The notes under the pieces are model-generated. The model worked only from the letters and a program-made list of their open reading frames with translations, was not told where the DNA came from and did not search any database. The position numbers and the translations under genes are program-made. A stretch of 63,847 nucleotides of DNA, counting the filler, from Hyphochytrium catenoides (taxonomy: Eukaryota; Protista; Hyphochytriomycota), in assembly GCA_900088475.1 (NCBI GenBank). It is 6 parts of 6 records of this genome, joined end to end, with 100 filler letters (N's around TTAATTAATTAA, not from the genome) between each part and the next. Parts side by side here need not be neighbours in the genome. Positions count along the whole stretch, not along the records: positions 15,248 to 39,641 come from FLMG01004033.1; 5 more parts are not named here. The stretch is one strand, 5' to 3'. Below, in pieces: positions 24,834 through 37,350 of the stretch (position 1 is its first letter; each line of letters begins with the position of its first letter).

Positions 24834-25557
24834 ATGTCCAAGATTCTCAGCGCAGTACTGGGAGTTGGAGTTGGCGTCGTGCTCGGTCTGGTAGCAGCAA
24901 AGAAGGTTTGGAAAGCGGACGAAAGCGCTGATGAGCCCCCACTTCGTCTGAATAACAAGCAGGACCTCCAGAGCGAGAAGGTCAGTCCCTATGGCGGACC
25001 TCACAGGCCCTTCTCCGAGTTTGCCGTCCTATTATATGAGTCCGATCACCTCCTTCACAGTGTACTCATGGCTGGCTCCTTCCGTCAGTTGCCTTAGTGG
25101 GTGCTTCTCAAAACTCTCTCTCCTTAGAGATTGATGCTCTAGTCATGCCTCTCACACAGCGTGACTCCTCGCAACTCCCTGGTCCCATTAGATTGTTAAC
25201 ATTGCTAAGGTCAGCGACATTCCGGAGGGAGGGAAGGCAGTGTACTGCCGATGCTGGAAGTCCGACAAGGTAAGCTCTCAGGTCTCATGGCCCCTTGGTT
25301 CCCTTTATGTTCCTCAATGGTCGTTCTTGCCTTGCCCCTCCCGGATTACGAGTTACAATCTCCCTTCACTCACTACGATCGTCCCTTTACTGTCTGGTAC
25401 TTCGTTATCCCTCTGTCGCTAACCTACTTTATCGATGGTGTCTGTCGCCTGCTTCTCGGGCTTTCCACAGTTCCCACTCTGCGATGGTGCCCATGTGAAG
25501 CACAACAAGGAGACAGGTGACAATGTAGGACCCCTCATTGTCTCTAAGGCGCCATGA
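24834..25557 (+). CDS. CDGSH iron-sulfur (NEET, mitoNEET/CISD-like) protein, 3 exons
   Basis: N-terminal TM anchor [19 protein letters not shown]. The spliced exons read YCRCWKSDK|[24 protein letters not shown], the canonical NEET 3Cys-1His [2Fe-2S] motif. Confidence 0.95.
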
Positions 25558-25815
25558 TGCAGCTTAAATCTGAAGCCTGCTTCTTTTCTGAGAAACCTGA
25601 CCGTGGGTTAGCAAAGATAGAGAACAGAGCTGGCAAACTCCAAAACGGTGGCAACGACTGTTAGGACAGCAATAGACAGGCATCTGACATACCATTTAGA
25701 TACTATGAGACTCGTCAGCCAGCCTCTCAAAGCTCATAGATTATAATCTAGTGTACAACATCTTCAGNNNNNNNNNNNNNNNNNNNNNNNNCATAAATGG
25801 GTGGAATTCTAGCTC

Positions 25816-28800
25816 CTACATGCGCATGACAGGAACTAATGCGCTGGTTCTCACTGTTTCTCCGTGGTGGTACGGCTCGTTGTCGTCATAAAGGTATTGC
25901 TCGTGTCCATAGTCCGCTGGACTGTCGGGTAAATCTCTCTCTAGCTCTTCATAGTCCATCGGCACCACCCCAAAGCCTGAGTTTCGGGTATAGTGGCTGA
26001 CATAGGGCTGGGTCACACCATATTCAGAGGTGGAGAGGCCTTGATCTCCATCATCCTCATTATCGTCCGGATAGCGGAGGTGGCTGCAAAGAGGATCACG
26101 AGAAAGGCGGAATTAGGGATATTGGGCACGGTTCGTCAATATCATGACGGGTAGAAGAGAGGACACCCTAACAGCATCGGACCGCAATGACAGAACGATG
26201 AAGCACTCGCAGCCTATCCCAGATCCCTCTCTCAAGCTTAAGAAAGGGCCCCCTCGTAAGTCCAGGCATATAAAGATAGACAGTGAAAAGTGGTAGAAGC
26301 TGATAGTGGCACGAAGCTAATCAGCAGCTAGAGAACACTTCAAGAGTATACTCCTTTGCTCACCTCTTTCGTCTCCTTGTTCCTCTGTTCCTAGTGGGGA
26401 CAGGCACTGGGGAGTGCATTTGGGCCATTTGAGTGACAGGCGTGAGATTTCCAGGAGAAGGAGTATGCACCGGAGAAACGAGGTTTTGCGTCGATGAGGG
26501 CTGCAGAATGGGGCTATAATCTGAGCGCAGCCTGTGTGGAGTGAGGACGTCCATGTGGAAGTTGTCCCTTGCGATCTTGTCCATACTGCTTGGTTGCGCC
26601 CCGAGATTTCTTTCCTCAATCCTCTCTAGCCCTACCACACTGCTAACCGAGAGTCTGTCTCCTTTGTTACCGGCCCTAACCTTATCTCCACCAAGATAGT
26701 TATCCGCAAACTCGAGCGGATCAGGTGTAAGCGTTGCCCGGTCGCGGTCCATAGTCCGAAGAAGGTACATCAGGCGGCTAAAGCTATCCTCAAATCCAAA
26801 ACCCAACGAAAAGTGAACAAATCTCGATCGGGACAGTGTAAATATCTTGCCTGCAATTAGGATCAATTGGAAGGGAGAGAGTGAGCCGAAAGCATCAGTG
26901 GACACCGGCTCTCGCATGTGCAAGTGGATAATGTCAAACACAGAAGAGAAGTCATATAGGAAAGGGACTGGATATATAGGAAAGATACTGGACTTGCCTA
27001 AGCAACAAAGGACGGCTACAACTATTGGTAACCATCATGGTCCCAGGCATGAGAGGAAAAAGATGATCATTGTCTCGAGAATAAAAGTAATTGATAGATA
27101 TAGTGTGTCAACCAATAGAAAGGTAGATATAGCCGAGATCCACTCTCACCAGAATCAAGGTCAGGCTCGGAGAGTAAAATCGGTAGAATTGCCTTGCCCT
27201 TATCCTCAGCAAAGGAGAGTTGGTCGCTGAGGAAATCACTCTTGCCCGAGGAGTTGCTGAGGATAACCACAAAGAAAGTACATAGAGAGATTGCATCCTT
27301 GGCGTTGACGATTCTTTCCTTCAAACCCGCGCTGTGCATATCGTTGTCCACGTAGCATGGTACGCCAGCTCTTTGAAGGAATATTGCTACTTGACTGACG
27401 AACTCCAAGTGCTTGTCGCCATGAGAGATGAAGGCAAAATCTACGACAAAAAGAACATAACGTTAGCTGAAAGCCATGAAAGAAGTATGGGTAAGACAAA
27501 CGTTAACGAGTCGGCCGCACGAGGGGGCAAAATTGATATGCTCGACAGCAAGGAGTTCGCGGTTTGTGAGCGTACCTTTGCCCTTAACATCAGCGAGGGA
27601 GGAGAAGGCCTTGAGTTGCTGCGATATTCTGATGGCCTCTGGCAGCTTTCTCTTTCTCCTTCTCTTCGTTATGCGAGCGAGCTCGATCTCATCCCTGTGA
27701 AAATGCATGCTGTAAGTTTGCATTCTCTTCTCTACCGATCCTTCTCTATTTGGGATCCTTTTTCTAGTCGATGACCCGGCAATGTCTTCGGATGTCGAAA
27801 CTCACCTCAACCCATCAAGAAGCATTTTGAGCTGTCTGTCAAAGACCATCTCATCGTAGTTAAAGCGTACGTTCTTGACATTTGAGTAGTCGCCACTCTT
27901 GATACTGCTTTGAAACGGAATAATTTGGCGAGAATAGAGATATACCTAATAATAGCATCAACATTAGCTAAAGTGAATCACAAGCTAAGGAGAGACAAGA
28001 AAGAAGAAGCATGAGTTTGAAAAGTTGCTAAAATTAGAGGACTTGTGAGGAGTCGTCACGAAAATTTGAAGACTTTTTGTTCTTACTTGTAGTTCGTCTG
28101 TGATGTCAATGTCCTCACAAGTAATGGCGATGATGGGCTTCCTCTTCTGCTTAGCCAATGCCAACTCCTTAAGGCACCACTCGCTCTTCGGGTAGTCCTC
28201 ACTAATAATGGAAAGCACAACGGCTGCATCTGAGATGCCTCGAACTATTTCCTTCCTCCAAACAGCGCCCCCTCCAATGCCTGTTGCTCCCATAGTATCC
28301 ATCCAGGTCGTGATGTTATTTGCCTCAAGGGCTTCTCGGACCTGCGTACACATTAACAGAGATAAGCAACGCATTGACGCAAACAGTCAGTAGGTTAGAA
28401 GAGGTAAGTCGCAGCTGTGGCTCATCATTAAGAGTTGTAAGTGAAGTTATGTACCTTTGTCGCAAACTGTGCGTGGCTGTGAGTGTAGCTAATCATCACA
28501 TCTCTGCTGCCTGCCTCCTTTTTCACCGCAAAAGCGAGATCCGTGGACGTCGTGCAGTCAAGAGGCCTATGAAAAATGCTTAGATACCGCACTTTGCAGA
28601 AGTAGAGCGAGAAAGGACAGAGGTAGGCATACCCTACTACTGTACAGCTCCCAAATCACTGGGGAATCGAGATAACTCCATAAGAAAGAGAATCGTCACG
28701 GAGAAACCGCAGACGGTCCTCGTAGCAGACCAAGAACATAGAAGACGCTTGTACAGAGGCGGCTTACCTCAGTCCCTGAGCATTAACTACCGTCACACTT

Positions 28801-31800
28801 GCTCCACAGCGGATTAACGCTACAGCTGTTGCTCTATTCTCACACTTGAGCGCGACATGTAGCGCCGTATCCCCATTTTCTAGCCTGAAGGTATTGATGG
28901 CAATTGAACGAAGAGACAACCATTTTAACATTGAACAAAGGCCTGCCACTAGCGCCATAGATAATACCTGGCATTGATGTCTGCCCCTGCCTGGATGAGA
29001 CTGTGGATGACTTTCTCGCTAATCCCATCAAATTCCGAGGCAAAGAGAAGAGGAGTCATTTTGAATTTCCTGTACGGTGAACAAGAGAACAAAGACAAGA
29101 AGATAAGATTTCAGCAGCAGCTCTATCACGTGCGTAAATGGTATTAGTGCCATGTACCTGTTGTCGACTAGATTTGGGTCAGCACCACAGTCAAGTAAAA
29201 GGCGAGCGACATCAGCCCGGTTGCGGCGTACAGCCCAGTGAAGAGGTGTACGCCCTGTTCAAGGATTTGAAAGAGCTTGTCAGTTAAAAGAATCACCAGA
29301 GCAGACCAGCAGACCAGCATCAGAGGTAGGTTATCACAGCTGCACAGGGACACCGTAGAGCTATGAGAAACACCTGGGGTAGGAAGAAACATATTCCGGG
29401 AGTGCCGAGGTCCCCATACAAGTTCGGCAGAGGTTATGGTGCTTTGTGAAGTACTTCTTACCGGCAAGATCCTTGCTGTTGATCTCCGCTCCCGCCTGAA
29501 TCAGGAGCCTGCATGTCTCAAGATAGCCAGAGATGGCTGCCCAGTGCAATGGAGTGCGGCGGCAGAAGCCCATGTAGTGTTCACCCCTGGTGTTGGCATC
29601 AGCACCCTGCAGAGAGTTCACAGCGTAAGCGGCCTCGACTTAAATGTCAAAGAAATGCTGAAGTTAAGCATCGAAAAGGAACAAGCCAATAGTTGGAGCC
29701 AAACGTGCTTCTTGCAGCCCCCGATCTCCTTCAGTTATCGTACTGTGTCAGCCACTTCAACCGCTTAGGTTACCTTGCGCAGCAGCCTACTAACAGTAGC
29801 AATATCATTCACGGCGGCCGCTGAGTGAAGAGGTGTCAGCGAGATGTCTCCACCCCATTCCTCGAACAGGGTACAAAGATGGTAACGCTGTTTTCTATAG
29901 GCTTGCTCTAGCACAGTGACACTTAAGTATTGGTTTGGGTTCGGTACTAAGAGAATGTTGGCGCCAGCATGAAGCAGAGCTAGTGCAACCTATGAATAAC
30001 CGATGCGTCAGCAATTTCCAGGGAGATGCAACACAAGCAAAAGCGAAGAAAATAGGTGAGACGGAACCGCAAGCGCCAGTTAGACAATGGCAAATGGCCC
30101 GAACAACAAAAATAATTGTCTAAAGTGTCAACGGAGCAATGGCGATTGTGACGGTCGATGCCTCCTTTCAGTAGCACCCAAGATAAAGATTGAGTGAGAA
30201 GGTAAAGTACCTGCTTGTCATCCGCAAGGAAGAGAGGAGAAATGCGGCTTCCCACGTTGCTTGCCTTGGCTATGACATTCACAGATGCGCCGGCACCAAG
30301 AAGACACTTCACAGCGTTCAGGTGCTATTGGGACAACACATATGAGACCATAGCTACTAGTAAATTATAAAAATACGTTGAGGTAACGAAGAGTGAGAAG
30401 ATAGGAGAGAATGACCTACCCCTCGTGCCGTAGCCACATGTAGAGGTGTCACCAGACATGAGAAGAATGTAATAGTCCCCGAGCCAACGGTGGTTTGGTG
30501 GTTCTGTGCGTAGCGAGTGCCTGGGCCCATCCATCCAGTCAGAAAGACATACAAGGCGTTGATGCTGAAGCGCATTTTGTCAACCTGCCAAGAAGAATGA
30601 TATATTCAATACATACACTTCTTTTTTGAAGATGGATGTTAAGAGTATCCTGCCGGCACTCGGACATAAACCTCAGTAAACGACGAAGAGATCCACCCAC
30701 CTTGTCGAACATGTCAGCCTGAAATCCGAAGGAGAGCAATAGCTTCAGCATGTTGACGTTCCCCGTTGCCGCGGCCAGATGCATGGGGTTTTTGGTGGAC
30801 TTGGCAAAGAGGCCCAGCCTAGTTGGAACATCAAAGAAAGCAGATACAACCATCGTATTTAGCGCATTCAAGCCACCGTCAAACAAACGCAAGTAATAGT
30901 TTTACCAGAGGTGAGGGGGAGGATACAGCTCTTGGAGAAAGTGGATGCCAAACGTGTTTCGTGCTTCACAGAGCAACTTTCTTGTCTCCTTCTCGTCGTG
31001 GATACTGCAGACTCAGTATGAGAGTCTGTTCTCTATTTTCGCTAATTTGTCAAGGTACATGCTTCTGTGATCGCGCCTACCTGACACTTCGAAAGATCCT
31101 CTTTCTATACTTCTGGAGTAGCGCGCTTTTCTTGAATCTGCAGCACCATCCTCGTCCTCCTAGGAGATTGCTGGTCTGAGACATCTCATCAAAATTGCCT
31201 AGATGTGAACGCACGCGGCTGCAGGAAACTTGTTAGGAGCGCTTGAAGAGGAAGTAGACCAATTTGGAACCGAGGACTGACTGAAGCCTCAGCTTGAAGG
31301 TGTGGCTAGCTTGAGCCAATGAAAGTAGCTCCCGCAGAAGAAACTCAACATAGAGCATTTAGCGCAACAAAGAGGCTTACCTTCTATAGGAGCCAAAGAG
31401 CTTGATCTGCTGGTACAGCAAGAGGATCTTGATAATGCCGAGTGCAATGATGGCGCCTTCTACAGCTATCTTATATAGTCGATTCGTCTCTTTGAGTGCA
31501 CTTTCACTGCATTCTGTCGTTACAGAGTCTTTCAGCTGAATCAGCACCTGGGCAATCCAAGCAATCTGCAGAGAGGAGCTGTTAGAACAAGTGCTTCTGT
31601 TCCACACAACCCCTATCCCTAAGACAAGGTTGCCCAAAGAAGAGTAGGTTTAGGACCCCCTGCTTGTGACCTCCTTACCATGTAAAGGACTAGCACCACA
31701 ACGGCAAGCTCAACAATGCTTAGCCACAGAGAACGCTTCAGCTTTACAGATTTCGACTGCTTGCGATAGAGTCTAGAAGAGGGAGTACATCCTATTAGTA

Positions 31801-32670
31801 TAAGGGCAGATTCTACCTCTCCGTTGCTCTCCCGCACACGTAACGATGTGATTTCCGCGCTATGAGTATCAATGAATGCCTTTAGACCAGCGTTACTCTG
31901 TCACCCTCTTACCTGAACGGTCTGAAGCCGGTCGCTGACAGGCCGACTATGAAGCAGTACGGCACGGTGTAGTTGAGGAACAAAGAGTACTTGACGAAGG
32001 GAATACACACATCATTCTGGTTCAAGAGGCCTAACTTCGAGATCTGAGCGTCCAAGACTGTCCAGGCTAAAGCCAGGGCTGTCCCATCCACCACCAGGAT
32101 GGCTAGTGTGGTCTGTAAGAGATACTTTGCTACGTAGGAGTTCCTAAAGTTGTTGCCAATGGTGGATGGAGCTGTGATTCGCTTTGTGAGTGCAGAGTTC
32201 TTTCTGAGGTAAGAAGATCGTTTTCGCTCAGGTTCTTGTTGAGCATGACTTACCTGTCGGCTTGATGTTAATGGGCAGGGCTTCAGGTAGAGCGTGATTC
32301 TCCGGCACCCCTCTGGGCGTACCCACCATTCGGATCTCATCATCCCGTGGTGTATGTCCTTCAGAGTAATCTGTCACCGTGGTCTTGCTGTTGTTTAGCT
32401 TAGGCTTGCCCAAGTGCCCATTCTCTAGGTCAAACTCAACTAGCCTTTTGCCCCTCAGCCCGTCAGCTGCCGAATAGTTTGAGGTGTATACGCCAGCATT
32501 GACAGCGCCATCTCGTGCACCTGATAGTATATACATTGGTAAGTCTTATTATTACCCGTTCTTATTGATATCACGATGCACCACGTACCTCCTCTAGCAG
32601 GAAGTGCAGCCGGTATGGCTACGGCGGGATTAGTAACGATTCCGTCTTCCTGGAGCCAATCTTCGCCCAT
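25816..32670 (-). CDS. Multi-pass membrane (4 TM) - ankyrin repeats - tandem TIR-TIR protein (~20 exons)
   Basis: The spliced translation gives four hydrophobic helices (~32130-31400), then about 8 ankyrin repeats (NPMHLAAATGN, TPLHVATARGH, SPLFLAD, TPLHSAAAVND, TPLHWAAISGY, TPLHWAVRRNR, TPLLFASEF, TALHVALKCEN). TIR1 reads DVMISYTHSH..TWMD..GGGAVWRKEIVRGISDAAVVLSIISEDYPKSEWCLKELALA. TIR2 reads FAFISHGDKH..CYVD..AISLCTFFVVILSNSSGKSDFLSDQLSFAEDKGKAILPI. A disordered tail follows. Confidence 0.85.
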
Positions 32671-34700
32671 GGAATACCTACGGCCAGCATCTTTAGCCTC
32701 CGATCTCTCTCGTGCTGCATGTCGCTACATATAACTCACCCGGGAGCAAATTTGACGCCTACACCTGGCCCAGCTCCTCCATTCCAGGCCATCTTAAGTT
32801 AGCTGAGGCAGGTCGCCTGCACCGTTAGTTAGATTTACCATCAACTAACCATAATGAAGAGCTATTTCTGCCTTTCTTGGAGCAACTGCATACTGAGGAC
32901 CCTCTACCAGCGTTCTACTAAAGCTCAACAGGACAAATAGCCATGCGAGAGCTGCTCGAACAACTGATGATTCATCAGCAAGAATGGCTTTTTGGTCTCT
33001 CAGACTCGATGTAGCAGGGCGGCGGTGAGCAGCGGCGCTCTTGAAGAACAACAGCTCGATTCCAAGCTTCGCCTGCGTCTGCCTATTGCGTTTGCTTATC
33101 CTGGCCGTCCTGTCCTCCCCTACGAGTTCCGCCCTGATCGTGGGCCAGGCGCTGGAACGAGCACACAGTTCTGCTCTAAAAGCTTGCTAGTGACAGACAG
33201 AGTGATAAGGGTCCACACGCACTCACTGTCTGCAGAGCCGCAGAGTGTGATCCGTCAACACCGAGCTCTCTGTTGCAAGAAATGCAATGCGATACGGAGG
33301 ACGGGATCCGCTCTACAGAGGCAGAGAGCTTACTATACGGCGAGTCTCTTCGGTTTAGATGATGGGGGTGGCGATGGACCCATGGGGTGTAGGACGTCTC
33401 TCCCCCTGTTCGGCCTCTCTTCTATCATATCCATCGTTGCTGACGTTGCCTTGCTCCCTGGGGACTGAGACCCCAAATAACCTCACTTCTTGTTCGTTTC
33501 TTCCTGAATTCGTGGGACAAGGATTAGTGATTCGATGGTTCTATGTAATTCTGATTCTGGATATAAGAAACGCCTTTCTCAGGGTCGGACATCCTTACGA
33601 TTCCTAAAAGGATGACATAGATTTCAAGCGAAACTTTCCGTCTTGCTGATTGCCGTTACAACCTTCCCTTGGCGCTTCTTATCTACAGCATGGGCTGCTG
33701 AGCGATGATCATGATGATGTGATCATCGGTGGTGAGTGGCTGCTGTCAGGGTTCCTTCCTTCCTGCTTCCGGGTCATTGACCGTCAATGGAATGGGAGAG
33801 GGATGAAGTATAGTGTAAAAGGCAGGCGAGACGAAGGAACTTAAGGCAATCAAGCGGCAACGGGAAGATTCTGGTTGCTGACAGGAGTACGTATCCCCCG
33901 CAACAACGGCGTGGACAGCGCTACTGCTCATCAGCGGGGCACATCACTGAGCCTCGTTCTTCTACAGGGCGGCGGCCGAGAAGAAAATGGCGCCATCCTC
34001 CCCGATAACTTAATATGGTCATCATCATGAGCTGGAGTAGCTTTATCAATTAGTTGGAATGCATTAATGATACGTCGTCCTTATTCGGGCCCTCTTTCTC
34101 TCACTTGTCGCGTTTTGTGTGCATGCTTTCCCGGCTCCTACTACTTTCTGTAACAAGAAGCACCGCCGGTTATATAACATGCAACAAAAGCACTGATCCT
34201 CCCGTCGCGGCGGCGTTGTTGCAAGGAGGAGGGTAGAGGATTCATGAGGTTCTGCTTCGTTCTTGTCAAGAAGTAAATATGGCCGGCCGCTTGAGGAAGG
34301 AATACTGTTCATCATTCACTTTCATCGTTTCTTCGTCAGCAACCTCCTCCTCCTCCGGAGAACTAAATGGAAACAACAGGACAATCGCTTCCCCAAAAAA
34401 CTCAAGACCTCATTCCTTGCCGTTAGCGGAAACAGATGTCGTTTCAAGTTCTTCTTCCACAACTTGTCCATCCAGCTTCCTTACACCATCGTCCATTGCG
34501 CTCTAGAGTGATTGAGATCAGCACCACCACGCTGGTGTCTGAAGGAAGGATCTTTCGCTGCCACCGGTATTGGGGCGGCAATATTGCCGCAGTCCCATCT
34601 GCCATCATCGTCCTGACAAACCATCGTTCTGACTAATGTCAGTGTAGCTCTATGGCCACATCAATAATCACCTGTCTGTTAAGATCACGTAGAAAAAACT

Positions 34701-36180
34701 ATGAGGCGGCAGAGGCCAATCACCTTCGGGCTACTACTCTCGAGCTTGCTTGCCATCACCTCGGGCAAGGCTATTAATGCGGCAGTCAGAGTTTCTCCTG
34801 ACTTCGTCTACAAAGGTAACACATCGCGCTGTCCTTTTAACTTCAGTAGACTAACTGTTCCTACTGCCTCATAAACGACCATCTTTCTATGACAGCATCT
34901 CCAAACTCCGCCGCAATCATCAGTGAGTCGAGCTGTGAATGGAGTTCTGATATCCTGGAAGATGCGTCGTCAGGCTTTATCCTTTCCTGTCCTAATGACA
35001 AAGTTTTAGTTGGCCTCCGCTGCCATGGGGCTGACTGTGCTCAGTTTGATGCTCGATGTTGCCACGGGAAAGGCACCTTTCATGGAGGTGATGGGTCGCC
35101 ACTGGCGCCAGGTAGAGATCTCAAAGCCAAATGTGGAAAGCAAGTCCTATCCTACCATCGAGAGCAGCCCACAGATCCCCCGAACGAGACGAAAAGCACC
35201 CGTTACCTCGCTGTCCCTGCTCAGCTCAGTGATATTCCCAAGACCGCCATGTTGAACCAGGTCGCAACGGGTTTAATATGCAAAGACGAATCATGCACTT
35301 CACTCTCTCTGCAAGGTAGACCCTTGATGTGCGGTTCGTCAGAGTATCTGATACCCATCTCCGAGGAGAACTGCGGCTGGACCGAGGTGCTGGATAGGAC
35401 ACAGAGTGGCTCCATAACATGCTCCCCTAATCAAGTGCTGACCGGTCTTCGGTGTCTATCTGCTCAATGTTTAGAGCTAGCGATTAGGTGCTGTCCCTTC
35501 GGAGATGGTGAGGCGTCAAGAGACTGTGTCACTTCCCGCCTTTATAAAGTTCTTGGGAGAGGATTCATTTTGATTCTAACTCACTTATGACGTTGCACAG
35601 TCTGTCCTAGTGGACACTTTGGGGACAACATGATCTGCCAGCGTTGTCCGCCAGGTCAATACGGAGATAGCGCGGGCCTGACATCAGAGCGATGCTCGAA
35701 TCCATGCCCAAGAGGCACTTACTCGGAGAAGTATGGGCTTCGCAGCGCATCACAGTGCGAAAAGTGCCCCTTAGGGTCATACAACGATGTCCTGGGTGCT
35801 TCAAATGTGTTAGCATGCAAGCCTTGTCCTCCAGGTGATTGCACTGAATGCTCCAAATGAAAGACCAGTTGCTCACTCTCTCTTGCTTCCTCGCTGCTGC
35901 AGGTCGCTTTGGCAGCAGGAGAGGGCTCACTAGCAGAGAGTGCTCTGGAGCTTGTCCCCTCGGCACCTTTAGCAATAAAGCGGGTATCTCTAGCAAAGAG
36001 GGATGCAAGCTTTGTCCCCCTGGGACATACAATGATCGTACAGGTAGCACAGAATGCAAGCTGTGTCCAAAAGGCACGTACAATAGCGATTTTGGGGCGG
36101 CCTCACGGACCGCTTGCGAAGCTTGCCCAAGAAACTATTATCAATTTGGATGCATCAGCAACCTGGCCAGCATGAGCTGA
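34701..36180 (+). CDS. Secreted cysteine-rich protein: N-terminal internally repeated Cys domain + GCC2/GCC3 (ephrin-receptor-like) repeats, 4 exons
   Basis: Signal peptide MRRQRPITFGLLLSSLLAITSG at 34701. Repeats SCEW...SCPNDKVLVGLRC...C..RCC and NCGW...TCSPNQVLTGLRC...C..RCC. Then many CxxCPxGxY/F repeats (CQRCPPGQY, CEKCPLGSY, CKLCPPGTY, CKLCPKGTY). Confidence 0.85.
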
Positions 36181-36279
36181 TCACACTATTTAAATATCTA
36201 ATATGCTAGTTTACATCCTGATGCTCAAAGCGCGCGGGTATCATCTCCGCAGTTCCTGGTGCTGATGTACAGGGAACCT

Positions 36280-36854
36280 TCATAGCACTTCCTTCATTCC
36301 TCCCGGGAGTTCAAAGACCTTAACGGGCTTGTAGAGAAAGTAGCCATAACATGATGCAAGGCCAAAGAACAGTAGGATATTTAACCAGTTGAGGATCGAA
36401 TGACTGTCTGGAGACGCCACCTGCGCGCGCAGTAGTACCAAGCCCTGCCTGCAGCGTCAGTTGTGACTCAGCGGCAAACTTAACAGAGGAATCTCACCTG
36501 GAGAGCAAAGGAGATGCAATAGGCTTGGCAGAAGGTCTTCCGTACAAAGGCATCGCTTACTCGCCTAGTTTGCCAAACTAACCATCCTTGAGCGAGGGTT
36601 AAACAACCTAAAGAAAGAAACCGATTTGCGACAAGCAGGTCTGAAGCTTAGCAAGCTGACGCTGAACATCATTCGTTCGCCAATCAAGTCGCACCATATA
36701 GTCTGACCATTTCATGCACCATGTGGCCGTATATTCCTCCTACCATTGAGGCTGCTAGAGAATGTGGAAGGAACACGCATGCTCCTCCAGTGATGATAGC
36801 GATGACTGCATGAGCGTGAAACAGTTGATCTAACTGCCGCCGCGTGCTGTTCAT
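36280..36854 (-). CDS. Small 4-TM membrane protein, TP53I11/PIG11-like, 3 exons
   Basis: Spliced translation MNSTRRQLDQLFHAHAVIAIITGGACVFLPH...EMVRLY|GCLTLAQGWLVWQTRRVSDAFVRKTFCQAYCISFALQ|GLVLLRAQV..NWLNILLFFGLASCYGYFLYKPVKVFELPGG..* has four hydrophobic segments. The RLYG motif resembles TP53I11; that family call is from recall only. Confidence 0.75.
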
Positions 36855-37350
36855 TATGCACAGCGTCAATCCTTCAGCCCCAGCTTGGGAAGCGATAGCG
36901 GATCGCTGCTTGCGTAGCAGGAGGTACTCCTTCTGGGTTCCTCCTAGCAAATAAGCCGCTAAGAAGGTTGGCCCATCAAAGAGTTCATCGCAGCTTCAAT
37001 GTAACGAAGTTGCTACGAAGATTCAGATGGATCTGTATTAACCTAATGAAGATTGGGAACTGGTCGGTTAACGGTAAAAAAGCAGCAAGACGCAGTAATG
37101 ATAACTCTGATTCTGATTGATGGTCAATCGTTGATTGCTTTGCTGGTTTGTATTTATAATTATGTGATCAAAGCAGCTTCTTCTTATGCTTCAAGCTTCT
37201 CAGTCCGAGGTCTACAGGGGAGCTCTTGATTAGTCTCTGACGCTCAGTCTGCAAGTGTGTCAAGAGACTGACGCCGAGCAGACCTCCTTTACAGGCTTCT
37301 TGAAGAGGACGACACGAGTGCTCTCGTCCAAAGCTTGTAAGGGAGGGTTG

